Assembly (NCBI GenBank): GCA_039588275.1
Contig: JBDHAC010000083.1
Coordinates: 1-25,989 of the forward strand
Length of the DNA: 25,989 nt
DNA from: Gemmatimonadota bacterium
GTDB taxonomy: Bacteria; Gemmatimonadota; Gemmatimonadetes; Palauibacterales; Palauibacteraceae
Direction of reading: 5' to 3'
Shown: one piece after another, positions 25,579-25,989 of the stretch
Layout: the number at the start of each line of letters is the position of its first letter
Position numbering within the stretch: position 1 is the stretch's first letter
Position numbers and translations under genes: made by a program
Notes under the pieces: generated by a model
The model's input: only the letters and a program-made list of their open reading frames with translations
What the model was told of the DNA's origin: nothing
The model's database searches: none

Positions 25579-25634
25579 GCGCGCGACGGCTGGGCCGTCG
25601 CGCGTACTGCTCTTTGACAAGAAGGTGTGAGTGG
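25579..25634 (+). promoter_or_regulatory. rrn leader antitermination elements: boxB-like hairpin, boxA, boxC-like
   Basis: Hairpin GCGCGCGACGGC-tgg-GCCGTCGCGCGT, boxA TGCTCTTTGACA (25608-25619), GT-rich GGTGTGAGTGG. Confidence 0.8.
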
Positions 25635-25800
25635 CGTGTGGGCCCTATGAAGCTGCGAGTACCACTTCTCGCAGTCGAGGGAAACCAACGTGGATTCCGA
25701 ACGCGGCCCGGGTGAGTCTTCGGACGAAGCCCGTGGCTCACAGCGTTCAAAGCTAGGTGCGGATGCCGCTTTGCGGTGCCGCACGCCAAGCTCTTTGAAA

Positions 25801-25989
<189 letters not shown>

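Overview
High-GC bacterial chromosomal window. The gene repertoire, the HU insertion and the 16S 5' end suggest Gemmatimonadota, but this is inference only. Left to right: (1) the 3' end of a tyrosine integrase abutting the 5' end of tRNA-Pro(TGG); (2) a three-gene minus-strand islet (secreted NTF2-like protein, hypothetical protein, ceramidase/CREST membrane protein) ending at a degenerate tRNA-Ala 3' fragment; (3) a co-oriented six-gene cluster: secreted small protein, NTT/TLC ATP:ADP-translocase-like transporter fused to HEAT repeats and a degenerate cNMP domain, response regulator, sensorless histidine kinase frameshifted by a 5-bp duplication, signal-peptide-bearing atypical (PI3K/PI4K/FAM20C-like) kinase and signal-peptide-bearing Shelph-type phosphatase; (4) hutH-hutU-hutI; (5) a sigma54 activator (damaged by an out-of-frame deletion), a HAMP kinase and a QseG-like lipoprotein; (6) a degenerate polysaccharide deacetylase preceded by a highly structured ~245-nt leader/ncRNA under a sigma54 promoter with an IHF-like site and paired upstream palindromes; (7) TM2 protein, ychF, tRNA-His, HU, small proteins and a Rieske-fused glutamate synthase-like protein; (8) the promoter, leader and 5' end of a 16S rRNA gene. 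The best candidates for new biology are a putative extracytoplasmic, ATP-supplied kinase/phosphatase system (3232-10639) and the sigma54-driven structured RNA (about 19937-20342).
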